From positions 9,982,001 to 10,046,000 of the forward strand of contig CM060734.1 in the NCBI GenBank assembly GCA_030704615.1: a stretch of DNA of 64,000 nt. The letters run 5' to 3'. Below the pieces are notes generated by a model. The model searched no databases, was not told where the DNA came from, and was given only the letters and a program-made list of their open reading frames with translations. Made by a program: the position numbers and the translations under genes. Shown piece after piece: positions 1 through 12,253 of this stretch (position 1 is the first letter of the stretch; every line of letters starts with the position of its first letter). Origin of the DNA: Takakia lepidozioides (taxonomy: Eukaryota; Plantae; Bryophyta).

Positions 1-323
1 AGAGGGTTCTTGAAAATGAGGCAAGTTGGTCATCATTGTCCCATATGTGGGGTAGACAAAGATTGTTGGAGAGAAAAGGCGGCCTCATGAGCCTCACGCT
101 GTGTACTTCCCAATGAAACCCAACAACTTCACAGCCCTCCAGAGATCGTGCAACCCAGGCCCTGCCCCCAGGAAGTCAAGTTGGGAGATGATGATGGTTT
201 AGGGTGTATGGTTCAGTATGGACAATGGATATGATGAAGGGAAAAAATGACATTTATTTAAACATAAATCCTCAAAGTACATGACATAAAACAATTATCT
301 TTGAACGTGATTGTCCCACTTGT

Positions 324-2033
324 TCAATTACATACAAGAGCTTGTGTAATTAAAAGTTGGAGAGCTTCCCTACTTAACACGGTATTACCAATGAGGTCTA
401 ATTGATCAAAATATTTATGTTCATGCATTGCCAAACAACAATACCAAGACATGTAGTAGTGGAGATGAAAACAAGAGATTGAATCCTTCCCAACCTTTCC
501 AATTTCATAAGCTTGTGCACGGACACGAACCATGTCAAGAATGAGTTCAGCTCCTTTGGTGGGAAGGTCATGCAAACCACCTTTACATCGCCACCTTTGA
601 TTCCCACGAGGCCCCAAGTCTTGGTTACCAATGTGTTGGAGGTCTTCCCTAAATCGTGGGTCATCGTGGGTCTACATGATCAAACACATCACCACATTAG
701 AATAACATTCCAATGTAAATTGTAGCTTAACAATGAAAGTACAAACAAGATAAAACCATGAGCTTACCCATGACAACATTCATACTCGCGACAAAAACGA
801 GCAGGAACATGTGATCGATGATATCGACCGTTTTCATTTATCGTGCGAACTCGATGTCCATTCCAAATCTCCACATATTCATCAACAACTTCTTGTACTA
901 TGGGCATATATACGTGAATAAAAGATTCTCGTTGCCACGGATCGTCCATATCCAATAATCCATCATTGACCATTGCCTGGAAGCAATTTTTGTAGTAGAA
1001 CATTACCTTCTCCCATAGATGCCGCCAAAAATGTTCAATCCTCTAATGTGGTGATCACACCACACAAAATATTAGAAATATGCACAACATCACATACTCA
1101 ATGATTAATAGAGATGAACCGAGAAATATGACAGAAAGATAAAGTTGATATGCAAGATAGAATTGTATAGAGCACTAACATGATTGTGTGTGGAAGACCC
1201 AGTCAAGTATAGATTGGGTGTTTCAGAACGTGTGGCTTCAATGTGTTGTTTTATACGAGGGTGCTCTGCCGCAAAATCAGAGCGAATTGTAAAGGTGCTC
1301 CAAACTTGGAAACTGCATCGTGATATCTTTTGAAAATGGTTTTTTCTTTCTTGTTTCTTGCAACGTTCGCCCGTAAAACAAAATGAGAGGCCCCATCAAT
1401 GCCACCATGTACTCGAAGACCAAACATAACCAAATTGTCATAAGCTGCACCACGAATTGCATACATGTTTTAGTTTGCCTACAATTTTGTGCGATATGTA
1501 ATGCAAGCAAACGTCTTGCATGTGCATCTTCAAAGAACATTAAGATGCACGAGATAAAATACTTATAGTGAATGTGAGAGCCATAAGCATTGTCACATTA
1601 TACTGAGTCCTCCGAATTGCCTGTGCCCTTCTCCTATGCTCATAATGGTAGGGTGAGATGATTTTCAAAGCTTCCCCCACTTTCCTCGAGGAATCCGCAA
1701 ATTTGACCTCCTTAAGGCAGATTGCACTGTTCTCATTTCCCAATTTGTCCCATTCTCTTCAATAGGAAGTAACTCTTGAATCTTTTCACACAAGCGTTGG
1801 ACACTCAATTGATGATGGACTTTGAAAGGAGACCCTTGGACTTCTGATAACAATCTTTTCAACGGTCGTACATCATAAAAAGAAAGGGCAATGGCGATTG
1901 ATTTCATTGTGGCACCCTCATTCAACATTGCTTCCACATAAAGTACTAAATCATCCACTATGTCACCGTCCAAATGGTTGTTTTCCATGCTCACATGATC
2001 TGTCTTATCTCTGCTTAATAGCCCAAGTGCCAA
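324..2033 (-). pseudogene. Intron-containing IS3/IS481-related (IS3EU-type) integrase-core transposase, frameshifted
   Basis: Ordered motifs: RTVQSALRRSNLRIPR, ISPYHYEHRRRAQAIRRTQYNV, AYDNLVMFGLRVHGGIDGASHFVL, GSSTHN, RIEHFWR, YYKNCFQAMVNDGLLDMDD, WNGHRVRT; last exon ends at 324. Confidence 0.7.
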
Positions 2034-2840
2034 TGCCTTCGACCTTGCCTTCCTTGTAGCTGTTTGCTGTTAATTCTGTAGTCATTGCATCCACTCACAC
2101 ACTCCCCATAGGACTTACGTCACTAAAGTTCATATAGGCTATCAAGTAGATGAACCAAAGGTACTTTGAAACCAACAACTACTTTGTCCTAAAATGTGTT
2201 AGCCAACCACAGTACACAGTGTGGGCGGGTTGACGACAAACCATGGGATCAAGCTCTTTCTTTCAATGTGTGTGTTGAGGAGCGTTTGGTAACCCACTCT
2301 ACTACCCCTAAAGTTCTCTCCTCAAAGCTCATGAGTCACCTGCATGTACACACGAAATATAACTTTAGCTAAAATTATATCTTTATCAATGATTGGGGGA
2401 ACTAATGCCAGTATGGGAATGTGCTTACTCATGGACAGATCTTGTCATTTGGTGATCCAAGAAGGCTGCCATAGTACATAGCGCCACCACCGCTCCACAA
2501 TTCTCTTGCTGTTGCATTCTTCTCTCGCTACTTCTCGTCCTCCAACTGATTTGATCCTCCAACTTTTAGGGCACCTCTGCCCTAAAAGCACTTCGTCACT
2601 TCGTCTCTCTCTCCCTCTCCCTCTCCCTCTCTCCCCCTCTCTCTCTCCCTTAGCCCTCCTCTCTCTCCTTTAGGCTACACGACTCATCTCGTGACTAAGG
2701 CCTGTCCACAGGCAAAGGATGGACGGGCATCATGTATATTCAGCTTATATTCTCGTATGTGTATGTGTATAAGATGAATATATATATATACATATATATT
2801 ATATATGTTATATACAAAAATACGTAAGAATTTATAGTTT

Positions 2841-2977
2841 GCAATTCAAGTGAATTGCGAAATGACAATTCAATTGAATTGTCAACTCGCAATTCAATTG
2901 AATTGTGTACCGACAATTCAATTGAATTGCAAATTAGAGTTCTTTTCAAGCTGGTTTTTGCAATTCAATTGAATTGC
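2841..2977. repeat. Subterminal array of the 16-bp palindrome CAATTCAATTGAATTG
   Basis: Perfect copies at about 2866, 2890, 2914 and 2961, imperfect copy at 2841. Confidence 0.9.
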
Positions 2978-3317
2978 GCACTTTTAGGGGGGTGATCAAG
3001 TGAATTGCGATGCATTTCACATCAAGGCCTATTTGGAATTCCCTACCTGGCACACTTACAACATTGTTCCTCCTTCATCTCAGTTTCATTCCCCAGCCTC
3101 TCCACATCTCTCATTTCTCTTCCTAACCACTAGTTTGTTCCAAAAAAGGGTTCTTCAACAAGGCCCGGCCTATATCCCACAGCCCTCCCGCCATTGATTA
3201 ACCAAGCTACTGCCAATATTGACGGCGCCACACGTCATCATTCTCGACTGAAAATCTGTCTGAGCTACCACTTTAGGGCCCTATCTTATTAACGCAGCCG
3301 CAAGAGCATGAACGCAA

Positions 3318-3483
3318 ATAGTTGCCTGTATAAAGTCTATCAAAACAACATTTCTCACAATCAACCTCGAGGCTGCTGAGTGTCAGCAAAAACCACACTA
3401 TATAGCTGCCTGTATAAAGTCTATCAAAACAACATTACTCACAATCAACCTCGAGGCGGCTGAGTGTCAGCAAAAACCACACT
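3318..3483. repeat. 84-bp tandem duplication in a probable LTR relic
   Basis: ATAGYTGCCTGTATAAAGTCTATCAAAACAAC...AAAAACCACACT occurs at 3318 and 3402. Confidence 0.9.
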
Positions 3484-3639
3484 CTCTCAATGCACAGCCC
3501 GACATTCCTCCTTCAGCTCGCTGCACTGTGTCATTCCCACGACAAGTACGCTCAAAATTTCATCCTAGGAGTTAAGAATAAAACAAAAAGAAAAACATCT
3601 CCACATGAGTTTCACACTACATATGTGGTGTGGCTCCGT

Positions 3640-6600
3640 TTTTTAAGTGTCAACGTCCCTGTTGTCCACCATCGCTGCCTTGCCCTTGTGATTGTAAAGC
3701 TTCAGATCCCTTCGACTTCTTACATAGGTCTTTCCAGACCCATCCTTGAGCTCACATTTACGCTCTGCCTCCATCTCTTCGTCTTACCTATTGTGATCCA
3801 TCTTCCAGGCCAAAAGCATCATCACTAATGCATCTGATGGAAGCTCCACATACTCATGACCGGGCTTATGCCTCCTCTCATAATCCCCAGCTTGATGTCG
3901 CTGACCTTTCTTAGCATTTCACTTCATCTATATTTTGAGCTTGGCTAGGAAGTGTGCCTTACCACTTGAATTGCTGTTGCCAAGGCCTCTGCTGTGTCAT
4001 CTTCATTGACAGTTTCTAGAAGGTGCCCAAGCTTGTTGTCAATGCCCAGTAGATGGGTACCCTTCCAGTTAACACTTGGTACGGGGAGAATTGGGTTGTA
4101 GCTTGTACTCCCATCCGGTACCCCATGAGGACTTTGTACAGGTGCACATCCCATTCCTCATCTCCATGTGTGCTCAGGGTAGTGATACTCTGTTTGAGGG
4201 ACCTGATGACCCTTTCAACCATCCCATTGCACTGATGGGCACTATGTTCCCTTCTGATGCCAGGTGTCAGCAAATTCCCCTTCCCATTTAGATCCATTGT
4301 CCGTGATGATGACATGGGGACAACCATACCTGCTAATTACTTCCTCCTCCATGAATCTCGTTGTCATTGCGTAAGAGTGGTCAATAACAGGGGTTGCTTC
4401 CACCCACTTAGAATAGTGGTCTATAGCCACCAAGATGTATTTGTTCCCTCGTTCTGTCACAGGAAGTGGTCCAGCAGTATCCATGGCTACACGGTAAAAT
4501 ATGTCAACCACATATATGCTATGAAGTCTTGCTGATCCTGATCGTATCAGCCCCCGAATCTTGGTGTGTTGGCACTGGGGACATGAAGCTATCATACTAC
4601 GTATGAGCTTTGTTCTATCACGCCAGAAGTAGCGCCTGTAGACTTCTCTTGGGTTCTCCTTACACCAAAGTGGCCCACCACAACATGTACTTCCAAAATT
4701 CAAGATTGACAATCTGGCTTGGGTGCAACTAGCTTACCCTCCTAAAAGACATCCCCTTTTGCATAGGAGTACTTCAGGTTGCTCTCTTCACTGCTCTCCT
4801 TCTCTCATCCAGTGTGAGGTAGTCGTTAGGCTCTCCAAAAGTGAGGATATGCATGGCCTCCACATCATCCAGAATGTCAGGCTTCAGCTCCTCCTTATGA
4901 AACTGTGCCAGTCGCATAAGCGCAAATTTGTCCACGTGGACAAGCGTGAGCCTATGCTCACGCCACGTCATCAAAGCGTGAGCCTACGCTTCCCCCACAC
5001 GTCAGCAGCTTTGATCAAGGCTTCTTGCTCCTTGCGTGTGGGGTTCCTCTATATACGCTTGTGCTTCCTTCCTTACTTGTTTCCTGGTCAGTGCAGGTCT
5101 TGTGAAAATGTTCATTGTTGCAGTGCCAACACTATCCTGGGCCCTACTTCTCCATGGAGCTTGATTGCAAAGAGCTGACCATTGGGCTGCCCCTTTTTGA
5201 CTTTGGTGTTCTTATCCCTTGGTTCCTTGCTGCTTCCAGGTGCTCCTCTCCTTTGGAACAATGTGATGTTGATGTTGAATCCTTGGTGTGTCCAGAACTG
5301 CTGCCAAATGTTGTTATTTTCCTTATTTGGTCTGCACCACATTGATAGTGGGCAGAGCTAGCTTCCCTAGTGTATTGCCTGCCCATCTCCTCGCTTGTAC
5401 TTGCTTCATGTTGCATTTGACTCACTAATGTTGCCTTGTTCTACATTGTCATCTTCCTTCGCTCCACCTGCCACATCCTCCAGATAGTGCTCCCCCAGAA
5501 CATAATGCATTTGCTTTCCATCAGTAAAATTCATTCTCTCATTCTCACAGTAATGAGAGCCCACAGGGGCTCCCGGCTCCCTCACATCTGCCTTGAGTTG
5601 GCTTCGCTTCTCCAAATGCTTAGAGTGCTGCCTAGGCTCTATGAACTCAAACAAAAATCCCTCTAGACCGTACTGGAGTTATGCTCAGACCATACCCACC
5701 AGTATGGGTCAAGTTCTGTCTCTACAAAGAAATGCTTCCCCAATAGCTGCTCCCTGAAATGCCAGATAGCCCACACACAAATGTAATACTCTTCCCTCTT
5801 GAAAGCAAGACTCTCGGGACTGACGACATAAGAAACCTCTCTGTAAATATGAGACAACACAAAGTGGCTTGAGCTGTCCCACTATGGTTGACAATTTTCA
5901 AGAGATAGTTCCCATTATTCCTGCTCTCAGATCTCTGGCTTTGGATAGCACTGGTGTTAACCTCTAATTTCTGCATATTCCTCGGTAGGTCCCACATGGT
6001 ACCTGCTCAAAGCATCCACGTTGGAGAATTTTGATCCCAGGCCCTATGGACTATTTTGAACTCAAAATCTTGTAGGATCATTATCTACCTCCCACGCCTA
6101 CCATGGGCATTACTTACAGTGGCGAGCCACTCCAAGTGCTTGTGATCAGTTTGGATTATAAAAGGGGTTCCATACAAGTACTGCCGAAAGTGAATCACCC
6201 CCCACACCAGGGCATAGCACTCACCTTCCATTGGATGGTCTTTTTGTTGAGCCTCCAACATGACCTTGTTGGCGTATACAATCACGTGCTCTTGGCGATT
6301 GTGCTTATGAGAGAGAATGGCTCCTACTCCCTTCATTGACCAATCTACGTCTAAGATAAAGGGTTTAGAAAAATCAGGTATGACAAGCACATGAGCTGTG
6401 ATTAATTTCAAACGGAGTGTCTCAAAGGCATTTTGTGCCTCTGGTGTCCATCTGAAATTGGCGTCTTTTTTGGTCAAGTCAAACAAAGGAACACAAATGA
6501 TGGCAAACCCCTCAACATAAACCCTGTAGTACCCACTCATGCCCACAAACACCCTTACCCCCGTGGGATTTTTAGGAATGGGAAAATTCTGCATATAACA

Positions 6601-7150
6601 ACAATCTTACTTGGATCAGGCTTTGACTCCAATGGCAGAAACCACATGACCAAGAAAAACAAGCTCTTTGTTCCCAAAAGCACACTTATCTGGGTTTAGC
6701 TTAAGGTTAGCACCCTTCAATTTCTCGAAAAGACGCTGTAGATGTTGTAAGTGCGAGTCCCAGTCTGGACTATGCACATTCATATCATAAACAAAAATCT
6801 TCGTACATTCTTTGCTTTCCACGGCCAAAATGGTGTTCATGGCGCGTTGGAAGGTAGCGGTGGCGTTTTTCAACCCAAAAGGCATGACTAGCCATTCATA
6901 TAAACCTCTTGTGGGTAATGATGATAGTTTTATTGGTCAGATTCATCTATCTTAATCTGCCAAAATCCACTTTGCAAGTCCAGGGTGAGAACCACTCGAC
7001 ATTTCCCAATTGGTTCAGCACCTCCTGAATCAAAGACATGGGATATGAGTCCCTCTTGGTCAGCATATTAAGAGGGCGGTAATCCCCACAGAGTCACTTT
7101 GACCCCTCCTTTTTTGGTGGAAGAGTCACAAGACAAGAGAACTCTGACCC
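3640..7150 (-). mobile_element. Degenerate non-chromovirus Ty3/Gypsy pol (RT, RNase H, second RNase H-like segment, integrase)
   Basis: MPFGLKNATATFQR (RT), FILDVDWS and TDHKHLEWL (RNase H), DTAGPLP, DHYSKW, TDNG, NGMVER (integrase); many stops and frameshifts. Confidence 0.9.
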
Positions 7151-7169
7151 GCCATGTGCAGTCACAACT

Positions 7170-8949
7170 GATTTTCCTTTCGGAGCACCCCGCGCCGCCT
7201 TAGCGTGCAAAGGCCCTCCCTTCACTTTCCAAGAACCGTTGTCGCCGCGTGGCTTATCCCACCCTCCCGTTGGGTCCCTTCTTGTGGTTCAGCTCCGTAC
7301 GGCTCTGTCTTTCACCCCTAGGGACATCCGAGAAGCACTCAGCCCTTTCAATTGCCTCATTCAAAGTCTTTGGTGGCCTCTTCCAACTTCCGCCTAGCCC
7401 ATGGGGCCAATCCCGCCACAAAATTGAAGACCATTTCTGGTTCCGCCATGTCTGCGACTTCGAGCAACAACACATTGAAAGCGTGAACGTAGCCCTATAT
7501 GTTATCTGTCTGTTTCAAGTTCCTCATCTTGTCCCGGGCGAGCCATGACGCGTTGAGGGGTACGAATTGTGTCTTCAGTTCCTTGAACCCACTCTAGTTC
7601 ATCATCTCCGGACTTCACCCCTGGTCTTGAAAACGCTTCTGCCACCATTATTGAGCATAGCCCCTCAAATGGGTGGGAGCTACCTCCACCCTATCCTCGT
7701 CACTCAACTTGGCCGCCCGGAAGTACTGCTCCAACTCCAAGAGCCAAGTATTGAGTGCCTTCCGATTCCGGACGCCCTCGAAGGTGCTGGGTTTCTTTGG
7801 TTTGACCTTCAAGTTTGTTTTTGTGGAAGTGGCATTGGCGGCCCTCATCACGTCCTTTAGGGTTCCACCAAACTGCGCCAAAAGCCCATCCCAAAAAGTT
7901 GGTGGCATTTGGAGACATCTGATGGTCCACCGAAGCCTTTGGAAGGCCCTCGGGTTCTGACTCCTCAAATGCCTCTCGCTCTTGAGCGTCATCACCTTCA
8001 GAAGCATAACTTGCCTCTTCCAGTTGCCGCTCCGGTGACGCGTCGCCCCCATCGGGATCACTAGGCTCATCGGCTTTCGGGCCGTTCCGCTTTTGCTTGG
8101 CCTTGCCCGACCCCATGGTGAGGCCGATCTCAAAGACGATCACGTACTAAACTCTAGGCTCTAATACCACGTGTCGCGCACCTCACCTGGTAAACTCCCC
8201 TTCAAGTCACAGTTACTCGCTTTGATGTGCGCGCCTAACTCCCAAACTGGCCGCCAGGCCAACTCGGAGCTTTGGCTGCTCACCGGGGCAAAACCATCCC
8301 CCTTGTTTCCTCATAGGACCCTTGAATATCGGGCCTAGTGGAAATACTCTTTGGTCGTAGGCAGTCCGGAATAGCTCCCCATACTTTGGTCGCTTTCCGG
8401 CTCGCTTGTTTGCTCACTAGCTTTTGCTCGCTCAATGGGCTTTCACCGTTCTCGGGGTTACTACTCCCTATATATACTTATGTAGGTGTCGGCGGGGGTC
8501 TCACAAACAACCAAGTCTTTTTTTGGTGAACCACCACCAAGACCCTCGACTCCCTGTGATGAGTCGCGGTGAGTCTTGGCCCACCCGCCACGGCCCCAAT
8601 GGACCGTGGTGAGCCCCAAGACTCCCCACGACTTCCTCCACCAGGCCACAGCCTCGTGGTGAGTTCTATGCCATCCCCACTACGACTCCCTAAGCTACCA
8701 CCACCCCACGTGGAGCCCCCCCACTGCAACTCGGTTTGCGGGGCTCCACCTAGTGAGCACCGTTGCCCCCTTGAGTGCCGAAGGCACTCAAGGGTGCTTC
8801 AACCCCCATTCCTACTTGCTGCTGCCGCCCCCACCACAGGGGCAGCCCCTCACTAGTAGAAATTGCCGAAATAACGACTCAAGAAACGACTGGAAACCCA
8901 AAGGCTCTTGTGTCCCAACCCCCTGCCCTCAAGGCAAAGGGCCATGACA
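7170..8949 (-). mobile_element. Chromovirus-family 5' fragment: LTR (8172-8949), PBS and truncated gag
   Basis: LTR homologous to 61536-62256 with TG..CA ends; PBS-like GGCTCTAATACCA at 8157-8169; gag FEGVRNRKALNTWLLELEQYF. Confidence 0.9.
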
Positions 8950-9450
8950 ATGAGACTTTGTTTGAAGCATTGCCAGAGTTGTGGTCTATCGTGGAGATCT
9001 CGTTGCCAGAAGTGGGCGAGCAGTGCCTCGTACACTGTGGTTGAATACAACCGACCAATGAAGGGGAGCCTGGCCAGCTCAAGCCAGTGCCCTTCTACGA
9101 GGAGCGTGACAGCACGGCAAAAGTCGTAGCTCCCCCAACAAAGGACGCCGTCCAGGGATCCGAGGTGGCAGAATGGACGACGAGGATAAAGGACTAGCTC
9201 CAGAGTCTAAACCTGGGGACTGCGGACGAGCCTCGCAAGTCAAAATCAGCAGAAGAATTCGAGATGAGATCCTTAGCCAAGCCGTGAAGGGGTTGCTTAC
9301 GAGTTACAAGGATGTGTTTGCGTGGTCCTACGAGGATCTTAAGGGAATACCCCATGAGTTGTGTCAGCATTGAATCGAGCTGGAGGAGGGGTTGGTTCCA
9401 GTCAAGCAGTGGCAATACCGCATGAACCCAAATTACGCGGCGAAGGTGAA
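8950..9450 (+). mobile_element. Ty3/Gypsy (Athila/Tat-like) pre-RT fragment
   Basis: YKDVFAWSYEDLKGIPHELCQH*IELEEG..PVKQWQYRMNP. Confidence 0.75.
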
Positions 9451-10540
9451 GGGGACTTGGACATGTGGTGTGAAAAAAAATGACCTAAAACTCTACCCTA
9501 ATTTACCCGTGGTTTATCAGAGTGACCCTGTCATATTCCTCCATCTGTGCTGCAGCGGAAGGGAAAACACAGATGCAAATAGGCTTTAATTGTTGGTAAC
9601 TCGCAGTACTTGATGGTGATTGTACACGGAAGCAGAGACCCTGGAGGTCAATTAAACAAATTCCAGAAGGGCAATGCCCTTGGGTTAGATCACCTACTAA
9701 TACATGTATGATTGTTTAATCAGCAATGGCGCATGATGCCACGGGGCTGATTGCTTATGCGCCTCTTATGCAGCCAAAGCAACAGAATCTTCACTTTCCC
9801 TCTTTCCCATATTTTCTTTCACTAAGAGCTGGTCAAGAACTCTTGCCTCCCAGGGCTGCAGCTCTCATGTGTTGAAAATCATCATTACAGTCTGTCAATG
9901 CCAATGTGTATGCCCTCACAAAGAGCATCTACAAACCAGACCTAAACACTATTGTGACCTAAACATCAAATGCAGGAGCAGATTCATGACACTACAGAGA
10001 TACTTCAGAGAGAATCATACCCACCAACAGTAACCACCCAACCTAAGTATTGAAGTACAGAAAAAAACATGACAGCCCAGGTACTTCACAACTAAGATAA
10101 CCAGGCTATAACAGAGATCACACTGAGAACCAAGAGTTAATACCCCAGAGAAATAGCTACCCAGCAGCACTCATAAATCACTGACACCCTTACTACCCAA
10201 TGACAAGCACTTTCCCGAGAATGAGGCTGCATCAAGCATACATAAAGTTCAACCCAACCATCCTACTCTGGAAATTGTTCCCTTCTTCCCAACATACACA
10301 GGATGGCAAGAGCAGATGCTACACTCATATGGAAAAAACTCTTTCAATACAAAGCCTAAATTGGTCACTACAAGTTAGTTTGCTATCATCAGCTCTTGGT
10401 CAATCAACTACATATCAAAACACTCACACTGCCAATGATACAACAACATCTATATACAAAATCGACCTAAACAAGAAATGCTATAAGTCAGTGACTGTGA
10501 AAATGACAAACTATCAGTTGCATGTAGCAGCACTTATCCC

Positions 10541-11608
10541 TGGGGGGTGCACTCTTTATAAAATGTGAGTATCACGTGCGTTCGCCGGCTAATAAATAAA
10601 CCCCATGTACATGGGTCATTGGATAATTTATACCCCCTCTGTACATACTTTTTGAAGATTATAAAACCCTCTTCTGTAACTATACAGAAATTACAAATTT
10701 TAAAAGTACCCCCTTTTGTAGAAACATACATATACATATTTGAGGGTATTTTAATGATTGAAAATGGAAATATACAAATATATATATATATATATATATG
10801 CAATCTCCCCTGTCGAGGCTTCCTATATTGATATATCCACTTTGTTATTTTTCGCGAATTTCCAACGACCAAATGCACTTGAAACTCCAAATCTCCTACA
10901 TGAAGGGCCAATCATTGCTCTAGGAAAGCTCACTTGCTATTTTTTGTGAATTTCCAACGACCCAAAGTACTTGGAATTCCACATCTCCCACACCGTTGGT
11001 CCGAAAATCATGAGACCAAGCCGGTGCACCGGGCTCCTCATCGAGGGCTTTCCAATGGCACCAAGCACCAGGGCTGGGACCCCGCGGTTTGGGAGATCTC
11101 AACGACGCTACAAAACAAAAGAGAGAGAGAAGACTACGGCCAAAGCCAACGTAACTAAAAGCCACTTCACCTTACGGCTACTGCCCTTGTCAAAACAAAA
11201 CAAAACAAAACAAGACAAACGTCTCGTTTCATATATTAATGTTAAAGTTTCACCTTGTGTCAAGAATCGTGGAGTAGTCTAGTGGTGAGGATATAGACGT
11301 GGAACCTAAGTGGTCTGCGATTCAAATGTGCGCAATGACATGTACATGTTTACATCGCAATTTTTGAAAAACTCACGATCTCATCCCAATTTAAACCCGC
11401 GATGCATCTCTTGACATTGTCAAGCCTTACCATTGCACTATCCACCCACACTTGACAACCTCTTCACGTAAACTTATATTTAAGGTATTTAAGGTAGATT
11501 TGTCCCCCCTATGTATGTATAATTTTGTACATGGGGGGGGGTAAAAAATACCCCATCCTGTGCACGCACGTGGCTGGTACAGATTGGGGGGAGTGCACCT
11601 CCGAGGCA
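10541..11608. mobile_element. Non-autonomous DNA element, about 1.07 kb, with imperfect TIRs and a 7-8 bp TSD
   Basis: TTATCCC direct repeat at 10534-10540 and 11610-11616; both ends share inverted GGTGCACTC, CACGTGCGT and CCCCATGTACA blocks. Confidence 0.7.
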
Positions 11609-12253
11609 TTTATCCCATAGAATACAGCCACCAAATACCCAAAACTGCTGCTTGCTTCTCCTTCAATTACAATGATCTCTAGTTCACAAATACTCTAGAG
11701 TACAACATCCTCCCAGCCTGTCTGGCCTACTCACTCCATCTCTTCCCCTCTTCTCTCCTCTCTTCCCCTCTCCAATGCTATATTCTCCTCCCTACCAGGA
11801 AGAAACAGGTCCCAAAATCGATGCAGCCCAGGCTTAAATCCAGATGACCACCTACCCCTATGCTGCCAATTCTTCCCGCCCTGCCAGCCATTACCCGCCT
11901 CCATCATAAGCAGACAATGCTTCAGAAGCTACGAAGAATTAACCCTATCTCATAGACCAGCCGAAAGGGTATGAACACTATGAGCTGCTAAGAATCAAGT
12001 GCAGCGGAGAACTTTGCTCACGACGAGCCTTGAGTTTGCTGCATGTCAGCAGCCGACACTTCCATACTCAGCTCGTCATTGTCTCCGCATCTCGCCGCAT
12101 AAAACCATCCCAAAAATCTAGGGTTTCCACGGATGAACGCACGCCGCACAAGATGCATCCAAAAATTCATCACATGATGCAAAAATTCAAACCAATGCAG
12201 AAAAGAAATCATCACCATGAATTCACACTACATATGTGGTGTGTCTCCCTTTT

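Larger units (their letters stand above)
1..3045 (-). mobile_element. IS3EU-like DNA transposon, one end visible (the other is upstream of the window)
   Basis: Contains a DDE transposase gene. Ends in ...CATCAAGGCCTATTTGGAATTCCCTA (3045), nearly identical to the TIR of the TSD-flanked element at 51075-52306. Confidence 0.75.

Noticed and set aside
9500-10500. Possible minus-strand pseudo-exons
   Set aside because: Splice-like signals are present but no recognisable protein.
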